Shown: one piece after another, positions 40,176 to 49,182 of the stretch
Position numbering within the stretch: position 1 is the first letter of the stretch
Layout of the letters: every line of letters starts with the position of its first letter
Assembly (NCBI GenBank): GCA_947467605.1
Contig: CANIII010000001.1
Location: forward strand, 56,846-120,845
DNA length: 64,000 bases
Reading direction: 5' to 3'
Source: Acidobacteriota bacterium
GTDB taxonomy: Bacteria > Acidobacteriota > Vicinamibacteria > Vicinamibacterales > SCN-69-37
Position numbers and translations under genes: made by a program
The notes under the pieces: model-generated
What the model saw: only the letters and a program-made list of their open reading frames with translations
Database searches by the model: none
What the model was told of the DNA's origin: nothing

Positions 40176-41786
40176 CTACTTCCGCGGCAACATTTGCTCC
40201 CGCGTGGCTGCGTGCCAGGCGTACACCGCAACCACAGTTGCGGCCTGCTTCACGTCTTCCATCTGGACACGGTCGAGGAAGTCCATGTTCGTGTGATGCG
40301 TGCGCGAGTTGTATTCGAGGCGCTCCTGCACGAACTGGAACGCGGGAATGCCGACTGAATCAAATGACGAGTGGTCGGTGGACGCGACGTTGCGCGGACC
40401 AAAGATGGTCACGCCCAGGTCCTTCAATGGTGCAGACCACGCTTCGAAGATGGGCTTCACCGCCAAGTTGCTCTGCAGCCACATGCCCCGGATCTTGCCA
40501 GTGCCGTTGTCGAGGTTGAAGTAGGCCGACAACTTCGCCATCTCTGGCTTCGGCGCGTCCTTGGTGCCGAGGTGCTCGGTGACGTAGGTGCGCGATCCAA
40601 TCAACCCGCCCTCTTCGGCGCCCCACAGTGCGACGCGGATGGTGCGGCGTGGCTGCAGGCCCGCCGCTTTGATGATGCGCAGGGCTTCCATCATCTCTGT
40701 GGATCCAGTCGCATTGTCGGTCGCACCGGTCGCGCTTGCCCATGAATCGAAGTGCGCGCCGAGTAAGACAATCTGATCCTTCAGGTCCGTGCCGGGGATT
40801 TCGCCGACCACATTGAAGCCGCTCATGTTCGCGGTCTCTTCGTTGAACTTCACCGACACATTCAGCTCCACCTTCACCGGCTGGTTGTGTTCGATGAGGC
40901 GCACCATGCGGTTGTAGTGCTCCACCGCGAGGACGATCTGCGGCGGCGCGGCGTCGGTGGTCGCCGACGTCGCGCTGACGCCCGCGGCCGACTGCACCGC
41001 ATACGTGCCGCCGTCGGGATGCTGCTGCTGCCACGTCAGATCAGAGCCAGCCGCTGCCATGTCGCTGTTGGCGCCGCGGTCGAAGAGGGCGACGACGCCT
41101 TCGGCTTTGTAGAACTCGTTGACGTTGAAGCCCGCGCCGCGGCCACCGCGCCCTGCCCCGCCACCGCCCGCGCCGGCGACCCCGCCGGCACCACCGCCTC
41201 GCGCAGCCGGGGGAGGCGGCATCGTCAGCGCTTCCTTCTCCCACTTCTTGTCTTTGTCGTCGTAGCGCAGCACCATGCCGTCGCCCTGATCGAGCATGCG
41301 CACCGCGCGCGCCGGCTGCGTCAGCACGATCTTGCCCTTGAGCTGGCCCTTGTATTTCGCCGCGCTTGCTTCATCCGTGATGTCGGCACGCACAACGTCT
41401 GCGACGATGGTGCCGCTCGTGCCCGGCGACCACGCCTTCACCGCGCCGTTGATCGGCATCACGCGCGGCTCGGTCATCGTCGCGTGGAAGTTGGTGAGCG
41501 TCCAGCCGCGACCGTACTTCCATCGCTCTTTGTGGACGTTCTGCACGCCGTACTTCTGCAGCTCTTTGACCGCCCAGTCGCCGGCCTCTTCGAAATAGGG
41601 CGAGCCTGTAAGGCGCGGACCATAGCGGTCGGTCAGCCAGAACATCGTCTCGGCGACCTGCGAATGCTCGAGGCCTTCCGTGCGGATCTTGGCGATCGCG
41701 GCCGCGTCAACTCTTTCGGTGGATTGGGCGGCGAGCGAACCGACGGTGACGCTCGCAAGCAGGACGGCAACAGCGCGAAATCTCAT
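40176..41786 (-). CDS. Secreted M28 family aminopeptidase with PA-domain insert (paralogue of 3092..4756)
   Basis: Internal ATG at 41786 gives the signal peptide MRFRAVAVLLASVTVGSLAAQ. GAHFDSWASATGATDNATG and RVALWGAEEGGLIGS. The track ORF continues in frame upstream to 42242. Confidence 0.8.
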   Translation of the reverse strand: MRFRAVAVLLASVTVGSLAAQSTERVDAAAIAKIRTEGLEHSQVAETMFWLTDRYGPRLTGSPYFEEAGDWAVKELQKYGVQNVHKERWKYGRGWTLTNFHATMTEPRVMPINGAVKAWSPGTSGTIVADVVRADITDEASAAKYKGQLKGKIVLTQPARAVRMLDQGDGMVLRYDDKDKKWEKEALTMPPPPAARGGGAGGVAGAGGGGAGRGGRGAGFNVNEFYKAEGVVALFDRGANSDMAAAGSDLTWQQQHPDGGTYAVQSAAGVSATSATTDAAPPQIVLAVEHYNRMVRLIEHNQPVKVELNVSVKFNEETANMSGFNVVGEIPGTDLKDQIVLLGAHFDSWASATGATDNATGSTEMMEALRIIKAAGLQPRRTIRVALWGAEEGGLIGSRTYVTEHLGTKDAPKPEMAKLSAYFNLDNGTGKIRGMWLQSNLAVKPIFEAWSAPLKDLGVTIFGPRNVASTDHSSFDSVGIPAFQFVQERLEYNSRTHHTNMDFLDRVQMEDVKQAATVVAVYAWHAATREQMLPRK

Positions 41787-42242
41787 GGGCGAATAGTAGC
41801 CCAGCGGAGACCCGTACGGCACGCGAGCCGCGTTCAGGTTTGCCTGGTGGCTTGGATACCGGGACGACGAGTCACGATCCACACAAGAATCACGACGGCG
41901 ACAATCGATACGGCGAGCGGACCGTGAGAAGAGATGATTCAGGGCTCGGTATGAAAACAGAGCGCCAGTCGCCAGCAGGCTGAGTCGCGCAGTCGTTGGT
42001 CCTAGCTTCCCAGCGATGAATAGCCACGGTGTCAGGCCGATCACCGCAAACGCCAGAATGACGATCCACTGCTGCTGCACATCCTGCCACTGGCCGATCG
42101 GCAGTTGCCCGATGGCGACGACGATGGGAGGTGGTGTGATCACAACCGCGACACACATCGCGCACAACTGCCAGCGCGTCAGTCGTCGTGATCCGCTCAG
42201 CAGGTCACTCAGACGTTCACGCAGGAGCGTCGATGGTTTCAT
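41787..42242 (-). CDS. PadR-operon membrane protein, third paralogue (no stop of its own; reads in frame into the M28 gene)
   Basis: Starts MKPSTLLRERLSDLL 3 nt after the upstream stop codon. Two or three hydrophobic helices, then an atypical Arg/Ser/Asp-rich stretch with low third-position G/C. Confidence 0.35.
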
Positions 42243-42245
42243 GTT

Positions 42246-42779
42246 TCAGCCAAGCTCCGTCGGCACTTGGCGCAACAACGACTGCACGCGCTGCTCCCAC
42301 AAGATCCAAGCCCAGAAGAACGTGGCATTTGGCGGAACGAATCCTCTGAGACTGCGTTGGTGAGGCTGGTCTGTCCACACGCTGATGACGCCTACCGCAA
42401 CGGTCAGTGTGAGCCCGACAATAATGTGACGACGGCCGGTGAACGGCGTGCGCTCGAACAACCACTCGTTCAATCGCCACAAGAGGTACCCGATTGGGAT
42501 GACCGCAAGAAACGGAATCGCCTGAGCGATCAGCTGCGGTGGCGGTACTGCCGTTCCTCGCAGCAGGTGACCTGCGGCGGAGCTAACGATTCCGCAAACG
42601 CTGGCGACGATGAAAGGCCCCATCTTCGGCTGAAGCGTCCACTCAGCGAGGCACGCGTGAGCCACATCGAGGCCCTGACGGACGGTCACCTCGCGGCCAT
42701 CGAACATCGCAAGGCACTCCGCGCCGTATCGTTTGCGCCACGCACGCGGATAGAGACGAAGCAGCGTCGCGGGCTTCAT
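42246..42779 (-). CDS. PadR-associated membrane protein, paralogue 2
   Basis: MKPATLLRLYPRAWRKRYGAECLAMF, then hydrophobic helices. Its ATG overlaps the upstream stop codon (ATGA). Confidence 0.6.
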   Translation of the reverse strand: MKPATLLRLYPRAWRKRYGAECLAMFDGREVTVRQGLDVAHACLAEWTLQPKMGPFIVASVCGIVSSAAGHLLRGTAVPPPQLIAQAIPFLAVIPIGYLLWRLNEWLFERTPFTGRRHIIVGLTLTVAVGVISVWTDQPHQRSLRGFVPPNATFFWAWILWEQRVQSLLRQVPTELG

Positions 42780-43405
42780 GGGAAGGCACCCGGTCCGAGC
42801 CCCAGAAACGAGCCGGGCTGCGAATTGCGGCCAAGCATGCGCGCAATCGAGGGTGGCTTCGTGCGAAGTGAGAGTTCATCAGGGACGATCGCGCCGACGA
42901 TTGTTACGAAGCATGAGAGCAACGGCGAATGCGACCCAAAAACAGCATGCAGACTTGCGGACAGGCTCGACGCGATCAAGCATGCCGTGATGGACGCCAG
43001 CATCACAAACCCCTGCGCCCACAGTTTGTCTGGAATTGATCGCGGAAGGGTCGATGGTCTCCACACTAACCAGATCTGACTGAAGATATGAATTGACAGA
43101 TAGACGAACGAGAATGCGACAAACAGGTTGCCCACACCAATGCGCATTGGATCAAGCGCAAGGTCATGGCGCACCCAGTTGATCGCAAAGACAACCGCGA
43201 GGGCCAATCCAAAATATCCAACGAGCCGCGGCACCCACGAGAGCATCGCAGGAACTTCTCGAATCTGTTCGCGGGCGGCGGCGATGATGATGTCGAACAC
43301 CACCTGCGACGACAGACCGCTCGACTCGATCAGCGCGAGAAACTCCTCGCCGTACTTCTCCCGCCAATCGCGCGGATACAGCCGCAGCAGTGTCTCCGGC
43401 CTCAT
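42776..43405 (-). CDS. PadR-associated membrane protein, paralogue 1
   Basis: MRPETLLRLYPRDWREKYGEEFLALI, then four or five hydrophobic helices. Its ATG overlaps the padR stop codon (ATGA). Confidence 0.6.
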   Translation of the reverse strand: MRPETLLRLYPRDWREKYGEEFLALIESSGLSSQVVFDIIIAAAREQIREVPAMLSWVPRLVGYFGLALAVVFAINWVRHDLALDPMRIGVGNLFVAFSFVYLSIHIFSQIWLVWRPSTLPRSIPDKLWAQGFVMLASITACLIASSLSASLHAVFGSHSPLLSCFVTIVGAIVPDELSLRTKPPSIARMLGRNSQPGSFLGLGPGAFP

Positions 43406-43731
43406 GCGTCCGCCAGTCTCGACGTCGCGATCTTCGCCATCGTCTTGATGGCCGCGAGTCGGTGCTTGAGGACTTTGTGTCCTGATGTCGTGAGCTTGTA
43501 GGGACGACGACGGTCGTCGGAGGGGAGCGGCTCGATCCAGCCGCGCGCTTCGAGGCGGGTGATGCCGCCGTAGAGCGTGCCAGGGCCGAGGCGCTGGCCC
43601 GAGATCTGCTCGATGTCTTCCGTCATCGCGTAGCCATGCTTCGGGCCATCTGCGAGAGAAATCATGATGAGCAGCGCCGGTTCAGAGAATCGGCCGAGGT
43701 CGTTGAGTTCGTCGGTGGGCTTGGACATCAC
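43402..43731 (-). CDS. padR: PadR family transcriptional regulator
   Basis: PALLIMISLADGPKHGYAMTEDIEQISGQRLGPGTLYGGITRLEARGWIE, a winged-helix PadR signature. Confidence 0.85.
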   Translation of the reverse strand: MMSKPTDELNDLGRFSEPALLIMISLADGPKHGYAMTEDIEQISGQRLGPGTLYGGITRLEARGWIEPLPSDDRRRPYKLTTSGHKVLKHRLAAIKTMAKIATSRLADA

Positions 43732-43742
43732 TACTACGCCAT

Positions 43743-43756
43743 ACGTAATACTACGT
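43743..43756. promoter_or_regulatory. AT-rich palindrome upstream of padR (candidate operator)
   Basis: ACGTA-ATAC-TACGT, with a second CGTAATA copy at 43761..43767. It lies 12 nt upstream of the padR start, in the only AT-rich stretch of this intergenic region. Confidence 0.25.
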
Positions 43757-43817
43757 GCAGCGTAATAGTGTCAACCCCGGCGTGGGGGCGTAAACGATTT
43801 CTCGGAGCGTGTCAGGT

Positions 43818-43839
43818 CCCCGGGGCTAAAGCCCCGGGG
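43818..43839. terminator. GC-rich hairpin downstream of the peroxiredoxin gene
   Basis: CCCCGGGGC-TAAA-GCCCCGGGG. It has the same 9-bp stem and GGGC-TAAA-GCCC architecture as 17572..17593, and no T-run. Confidence 0.4.
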
Positions 43840-43850
43840 CTCCATCAAAT

Positions 43851-44480
43851 TCACTTGGGCTGCGGCGTGACGCGCAGGTACGGCTTCTTCGTGACGTAGC
43901 CAGGGAAACGCGTCGCCGCGTCGGCGTCGGACACCGCGCCCGTGATGATCACGTCATCGCCCTGCTTCCAATCGGCCGGCGTCGCCACCTGATGTTTTGC
44001 GGTCAGCTGCAGCGAATCGAGCACACGCAGCAACTCGATGAAGTTGCGGCCGGTGCTCGCCGGATACGTGAGCGTCATCTTGACCTTGTTGTCGGGCCCG
44101 ATGACGAACACCGAGCGCACCGTCATTGTGTCGCTCGCATTCGGATGAATCATGTCGTAGAGATTCGACACGTGCTTGTCAGCGTCGCCGATCATCGGAA
44201 AGTTCACGGCGTGACCGGTCACGTCCTTGATGTCACCTTCCCACTTCATGTGCGACTCGACCGGATCCACGCTGAGGCCGATCACCTTGCAGTTGCGCTT
44301 GTCGAACTCGCCCTTCAGTCCCGCCGCCATACCGAGCTCGGTTGTGCACACGGGCGTGAAGTCTTTCGGATGCGAGAAGAGAATGGCCCAGTGGCTGCCC
44401 TTCCACTCGTGGAACTTGATGGTGCCCTGTGTGGTTGCTGCTTCGAAATCCGGTGCGATGTCGCCGAGACGAACTGCCAT
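43851..44480 (-). CDS. 1-Cys peroxiredoxin (Prx6-like)
   Basis: ATG at 44480 with AGGAGG 8 nt upstream. MAVRLGDIAPDF and HPKDFTPVCTTE. Confidence 0.9.
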   Translation of the reverse strand: MAVRLGDIAPDFEAATTQGTIKFHEWKGSHWAILFSHPKDFTPVCTTELGMAAGLKGEFDKRNCKVIGLSVDPVESHMKWEGDIKDVTGHAVNFPMIGDADKHVSNLYDMIHPNASDTMTVRSVFVIGPDNKVKMTLTYPASTGRNFIELLRVLDSLQLTAKHQVATPADWKQGDDVIITGAVSDADAATRFPGYVTKKPYLRVTPQPK

Positions 44481-44524
44481 AACCGAGGCCTCCTGAGGAT
44501 TGGACTCCACTATTATCTACACGA

Positions 44525-46465
44525 ATGCCGCGCCTCCTAGCTGCCTTCGCGATCGTGGTCGCAGGCATGATCACCTACGCGAATAGCTTCACCGGCGTAT
44601 TCGTCTTCGACGATCGCCCGTCGATCATCGACAACCCCTACGTGCGTGAACCTGCGCCGTGGGCGCATCCACTGAATGCGATGACGGCACCACGCAACAT
44701 CACGGTGTCTGGCCGGCCGGTCGCCAGCTTCAGCTTCGCCCTCAACTACGCCCTCGCGCCGATCGATGCGCGGAACACGTTCGATCCGCCGTCGCCCGGC
44801 AGCCTCAGTTCCGCCGACGCGTTTCTCCGCAATGTGTGGGGGTATCACGCGTTCAATCTGCTGATTCATCTGATCGCGGCGCTCACACTGTTCGGCATCG
44901 TGCGTCGCACACTCGAAACAGCTGCGTTACGGCCGATGGTCGGCGATGCGTCGACCACGCTGGCGTGCCTCATCGGGCTCGCCTGGGTCGTGCACCCACT
45001 GCACACCGACGCGGTCACCTACATCGTGCAGCGCGTGGAATCGATGATGGGCATGTTCCTGTTGCTGACGCTGTATTGCGCGATTCGCATGGAGGATGCA
45101 CGCCGCTCGACGAAGCGTTCCCTTGTCTGGATGCTCGCGGCACACGTGTCGTGTCTGCTCGGCATGGGCACGAAGGAAGTCATGGTCGGCGCACCGCTGA
45201 TCGTGCTGCTCTGGGACTGGACGTTTCTGTCGGGATCGATGCGCGACATCGTCCGCCGACGCTGGCCACTCTATCTGGGGCTCGCCTCGACGTGGATTTT
45301 GCTCGGCCTGCTCGTCACCATGGACGCACGCCCGCTGTCGTCCGGCTTCCACTTCGCCGAATGGCCATGGTGGCGCTACCTGATGACGCAGACCGGCGTC
45401 ATCGTGCACTACCTGAGACTGGTCTTCGTCCCGGCCTCACTCGTGCTCGACTACGACTGGCGCGCGGCGAAGAGCCTCGCTGACATATGGCTGCCGGCCA
45501 CGGTCGTACTGACGCTGGGCGTCGGCACACTGTGGCAACTCGCGCGACGGACGCCGCTGGGCTTCGCGGGCGCGTGGTTCTTCGTGATCCTTGCGCCCTC
45601 GTCGAGCATCCTGCCGATCATCACAGAGATTGCTGCAGAGCATCGCATGTATCTGCCGCTCGTCGCCGTGCTCGCCGTCGTCATCGTCGGGACCCACACA
45701 CTCATGAAGCGCGCGGCCGTGAAGCCGTTCGTGCGCGAAGCCGCGTTCTGGTTCGCGCTCGTGCTGATCGGCGCCCTGTCGTTCACGACGTACGCTCGCA
45801 ACGACGACTATGTCAGTGACGAGCGCATCTGGGCCGACACTGTGCAGAAGCAGCCGCTCAACGCACGCGCGCGGAACAACTACGCGTCTGATTTGCTAAA
45901 GACGGGACAAGCAAAGGTCGCGGTCGAACACCTGCAAGTCGCCGTGCGCGAGATCCCCGATTACGCGGAAGCCCACGCGAACCTCGGTGTAGCGCTGGCC
46001 ACACTCCAGCAGTACGCCGACGCCACGACACACTTCGAACGCGCCGTGGCGATCAACCCGTTCTACACCGCCGCCTACGACAACATGGCCGAAGCCTACG
46101 GCGCGCAGAATCAACTCGCCAACGCCGTGAAGTATTTCCTGAAGGCGCTCGATCAGAAGCCCGACGATGTCGCGCTCCTCAACAAGGCGGCGTGGATTCT
46201 CGCAACGGCGATCGACCCGATCGCGCGCGACGGCTCGCGCGCCGTCATCCTGGCGCAGCACGCGGTCGATCTCACCGAACGCCGCGACGCCAGCTCGCTC
46301 GATACGCTGGCAGCGTCCCTTGCCGAATCCGGACGCTTCGACGACGCAACCAGAGTTGGCACCGAGGCGCTCAGCCTGGCCCGCGCCCGTGGCGACCGAC
46401 AGTTCAATCTCGATCTCGAACAGCGGCTGGCGGCGTATCTGGCCAGGAAGCCGATCCGGCAATAG
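44525..46465 (+). CDS. Polytopic membrane protein with C-terminal TPR repeats (TMTC/PMT-like putative glycosyltransferase)
   Basis: About 400 aa containing roughly ten hydrophobic helices, then TPR repeats (AEAHANLGVALATLQQYADATTHFERAVAINPFYTAAYDNMAEAY...). Confidence 0.6.
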   Translation: MPRLLAAFAIVVAGMITYANSFTGVFVFDDRPSIIDNPYVREPAPWAHPLNAMTAPRNITVSGRPVASFSFALNYALAPIDARNTFDPPSPGSLSSADAFLRNVWGYHAFNLLIHLIAALTLFGIVRRTLETAALRPMVGDASTTLACLIGLAWVVHPLHTDAVTYIVQRVESMMGMFLLLTLYCAIRMEDARRSTKRSLVWMLAAHVSCLLGMGTKEVMVGAPLIVLLWDWTFLSGSMRDIVRRRWPLYLGLASTWILLGLLVTMDARPLSSGFHFAEWPWWRYLMTQTGVIVHYLRLVFVPASLVLDYDWRAAKSLADIWLPATVVLTLGVGTLWQLARRTPLGFAGAWFFVILAPSSSILPIITEIAAEHRMYLPLVAVLAVVIVGTHTLMKRAAVKPFVREAAFWFALVLIGALSFTTYARNDDYVSDERIWADTVQKQPLNARARNNYASDLLKTGQAKVAVEHLQVAVREIPDYAEAHANLGVALATLQQYADATTHFERAVAINPFYTAAYDNMAEAYGAQNQLANAVKYFLKALDQKPDDVALLNKAAWILATAIDPIARDGSRAVILAQHAVDLTERRDASSLDTLAASLAESGRFDDATRVGTEALSLARARGDRQFNLDLEQRLAAYLARKPIRQ

Positions 46466-46473
46466 CCAACGAG

Positions 46474-46518
46474 AAAAACATCGGGAGTTAATTCGATGAA
46501 TTAACTCCCGATGTTTTT
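46474..46518. repeat. REP palindrome, copy 3
   Basis: AAAAACATCGGGAGTTAATTC-GAT-GAATTAACTCCCGATGTTTTT, with perfect 21-bp arms. Intergenic. Confidence 0.9.
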
Positions 46519-46544
46519 GTGGCTTTTTGTGGACAATTGATCTC

Positions 46545-47510
46545 ATGCGCACACGGACATTCGGGCGGGTCGGCTGGCAGGTGTCGGAAGTGGGTCACGG
46601 CCTATGGGGCGCCGGCGGGTGGACCGGGTCAGACGATGACGAGTCGATCGCGTCGATGCTGCGATCGATGCAGCTCGGGTGCACGTTCTATGACACCGCG
46701 CTGGCCTATGGCAATGGCAAGAGCGAACAGCTCCTCGCGCGCGCGTTGAAGGCGAGCGGCGGCGCGCAAGTACGGATCGCGACCAAGATCCCGCCGAAGA
46801 ATCTGCAATGGCCCGCATCGCCAACGTCGACACTCGACGAGGTCTTCCCCGCGGACCACATCCGCGCATGCACCGAGACGAGTCTCCGGAATCTCGACCT
46901 CGAGTGCGTTGACCTGCAGCAGTTTCATGTCTGGTCCGACACATGGGCGACCGACGACCGCTGGCAGCGTGCGGCAGACGACCTGAAGCGCGAGGGGCTC
47001 GTGCGCGCCATCCGTATCAGCATCAATCGCTTCGAGCCCACCAACGTCGTCCAGGCGCTCCATACGGGTGTCGTGGACAGCGTGCAGGTGGTCTACAACG
47101 TGTTCGACGCTGGCGCGGCCGACGAACTGTTTTCCATCTGCCGGGATCTTGGCGTGGCGGTGATCGTCCGGGTGCCATTTGACGAGGGCAGCCTGACCGG
47201 GACGCTCACGCCCGACATGACCTGGCCGGAGGGTGACTTTCGGAATTCCTATTTCGCCCCGGACCGGCTGCGCGAGACCTGTCGCCGCGTGGATCTGCTT
47301 CGCGAGGACCTGCCGCCCGGCATGTCCATGCCTGAGCTAGCCATGAGGTTTATCCTTTCGAATCAAGACGTTACGACGATTATTCCGGGAATGCGGCGCG
47401 TCAGAAACGTCGAGTCCAACCTCGCAACGGCGGACGGCGCCGGCCTCCCACCGGCTCTCTTGGCCCGTTTGAAGCGTCACAGATGGGAGAGGATCTCGAC
47501 GGTCGCTTAG
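46545..47510 (+). CDS. Aldo/keto reductase
   Basis: MRTRTFGRVGWQVSEVGHGLWG and GCTFYDTALAYGNGKSEQLL. The ATG at 46545 is preferred over 46527. Confidence 0.85.
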   Translation: MRTRTFGRVGWQVSEVGHGLWGAGGWTGSDDDESIASMLRSMQLGCTFYDTALAYGNGKSEQLLARALKASGGAQVRIATKIPPKNLQWPASPTSTLDEVFPADHIRACTETSLRNLDLECVDLQQFHVWSDTWATDDRWQRAADDLKREGLVRAIRISINRFEPTNVVQALHTGVVDSVQVVYNVFDAGAADELFSICRDLGVAVIVRVPFDEGSLTGTLTPDMTWPEGDFRNSYFAPDRLRETCRRVDLLREDLPPGMSMPELAMRFILSNQDVTTIIPGMRRVRNVESNLATADGAGLPPALLARLKRHRWERISTVA

Positions 47511-47569
47511 GGCGACCGGACCCACGTACGTTATGATTACCTTTTGGCCAATGCGCCAGGGAGCTCGCT

Positions 47570-47854
47570 GTGAAGCCTGGGATTCATCCGAAGTACGCTG
47601 AAGTTGAAGTTCGCTGCGCCTGCGGCAACAAGTTCACCACCAAGTCGACCAAGCCGGAGCTGCATCTCGAAATCTGCAGCAACTGCCACCCGTTCTTCAC
47701 GGGCCGTCAGAAGCTGATCGACACGGAAGGCCGCGTTGAGCGCTTCACGAAGCGCTTCGGCACCGTGACGGCGGCGGATCGCAAGAAGATGGACAAGGAC
47801 AACAAGGCTGCCAAGGCCGCGAAGTCCCCGAAGAAAGCCGCCGCACAGGCGTAA
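47570..47854 (+). CDS. rpmE: 50S ribosomal protein L31 (Cys-containing form) with Lys/Ala-rich C-terminal tail
   Basis: GTG start. [22 protein letters not shown]...[10 protein letters not shown]. Confidence 0.9.
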   Translation: MKPGIHPKYAEVEVRCACGNKFTTKSTKPELHLEICSNCHPFFTGRQKLIDTEGRVERFTKRFGTVTAADRKKMDKDNKAAKAAKSPKKAAAQA

Positions 47855-47862
47855 AGATTTCG

Positions 47863-49182
47863 TTATTCCAACAATGGGGCGGTCTTCGGACCGCCCTTTT
47901 TCTTTTCCTCAGATAACTTCCGCTCGAGCCGCGCGATCCGATGTGATGCATCGGCCGCGGCGCGACCGCCGGACTGCGCCTTCATGGTCTCCGCGTATTT
48001 CTTCGCCGCGTCGAGATCATTCGCGCGGTGTTCGTGATGAATCGCGAGCGCTTCCGTGGCGGCCCGTTCGAGCGGAAACAATGACCGGCGTCCGCCCGCC
48101 GCTTCGAGCACACCTTGCCACGCGCGCGCGGCGTCGTCATGGCGCGCGTCGCGACGATGCATGAGGCCGAGGCGGCTGAAGGCATTCGCGCGGACGTAGC
48201 GGTCGGACGAACGGGAGGCGCGATCGAACGCCTCACGCGCACGATCGTCGAGGCCCGCGCGTTCATAGATGCGACCGAGCGCGACGACTTCGTTGTCATC
48301 GCGGCACATATCGGGTCCGTCCTTCGCGAGTTGCAGCGCGTAGGACATCAACACGGCCAGCGAGACGATGTCGTGACGATGATGATCGAGGACACCGTCG
48401 AGCAAGTGATGATCGCCCGTGCGGAGAAACTGAAAGTAGCGCGCCGGGATCTCGAAGCCGGGGACGTCGCCGATGCGATGGAATCCCAGGACGTCACGTT
48501 CGAGCGTTGAAAGGCTACAACTCGATTCGCCACCCGGATCCGACACATTCTCACGGCTCTTCCAGAGTTTTCGCGCCGAGGGCAACATGTCGAAGTGCGG
48601 CATATCGTCGAACGGGCTCGGTTGGCGATGGTACGCGCAGCGCATGTCCATGAGCGGCACGTCGAAGGTGCGACCGTTGTAGCTCACGAGCAGCGAGGAC
48701 TCGTCCAGGCACGCGCCGAGTTCTTTCAATAGCAGACGTTCGCCGGCCTGGCTGGTGAGCAGCCACTGACGCACACGGAAGCCACCGCCTTCAAACCAGC
48801 CGCATCCGGCGAGAAACGCGATCGTGCCGGCGCCACCACTGAGGCCTGTGGTCTCGGTATCGAAGTACACCGGCCGCGACCACCACTCCGGCGCCTTCGC
48901 GGCCTTCGCATCGAAGATGTCGAGCGGCGCGCTCGCGGAGGGCGTGCACGTTTCGATGCGCCATCGCCCATGCGACTGGGTCGATTCATAGACGCGATCG
49001 ATCACGACGAGACTCGCCGCACCATCGGTGATCGCCGTGCCGCCGAAGGCCGCAGCGATGCCCTCCAGATCGTGTGGCGACGTCGCCTGAACGTCGGGTT
49101 CGTAGGTCAGGTCGCGCGCGGCCGGCCGGTACGGCGACTGGCGAACGATGGCACGAAGGCGGTCCGAGAGATCTTTACGCAC
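47863..49182 (-). CDS. mrfB: MrfB/YprB-like DEDD (RNase H-fold) exonuclease with C-terminal TPR region
   Basis: Exonuclease motifs VYFDTETTGL, SYNGRTFDVPLM and HHRHDIVSLAVLM, then TPR-like helices. The proposed GTG start at 49182 overlaps the helicase stop by 8 nt. The track start at 49284 is less likely. Confidence 0.7.
   Translation of the reverse strand: MRKDLSDRLRAIVRQSPYRPAARDLTYEPDVQATSPHDLEGIAAAFGGTAITDGAASLVVIDRVYESTQSHGRWRIETCTPSASAPLDIFDAKAAKAPEWWSRPVYFDTETTGLSGGAGTIAFLAGCGWFEGGGFRVRQWLLTSQAGERLLLKELGACLDESSLLVSYNGRTFDVPLMDMRCAYHRQPSPFDDMPHFDMLPSARKLWKSRENVSDPGGESSCSLSTLERDVLGFHRIGDVPGFEIPARYFQFLRTGDHHLLDGVLDHHRHDIVSLAVLMSYALQLAKDGPDMCRDDNEVVALGRIYERAGLDDRAREAFDRASRSSDRYVRANAFSRLGLMHRRDARHDDAARAWQGVLEAAGGRRSLFPLERAATEALAIHHEHRANDLDAAKKYAETMKAQSGGRAAADASHRIARLERKLSEEKKKGGPKTAPLLE
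47877..47906 (+). terminator. Rho-independent terminator of rpmE
   Basis: GGGCGGTC-TTCG-GACCGCCC followed by TTTTTCTTTT. Confidence 0.85.

Noticed and set aside
42018-42028. The GTGTCAGG 8-mer recurring at 15796, 17550, 42018 and 43809, considered as a possible shared regulatory motif.
   Set aside because: An 8-mer is expected about twice by chance on both strands of 64 kb. Only the two 10-mer copies next to the TAAA-loop hairpins are reported, and those at low interest.
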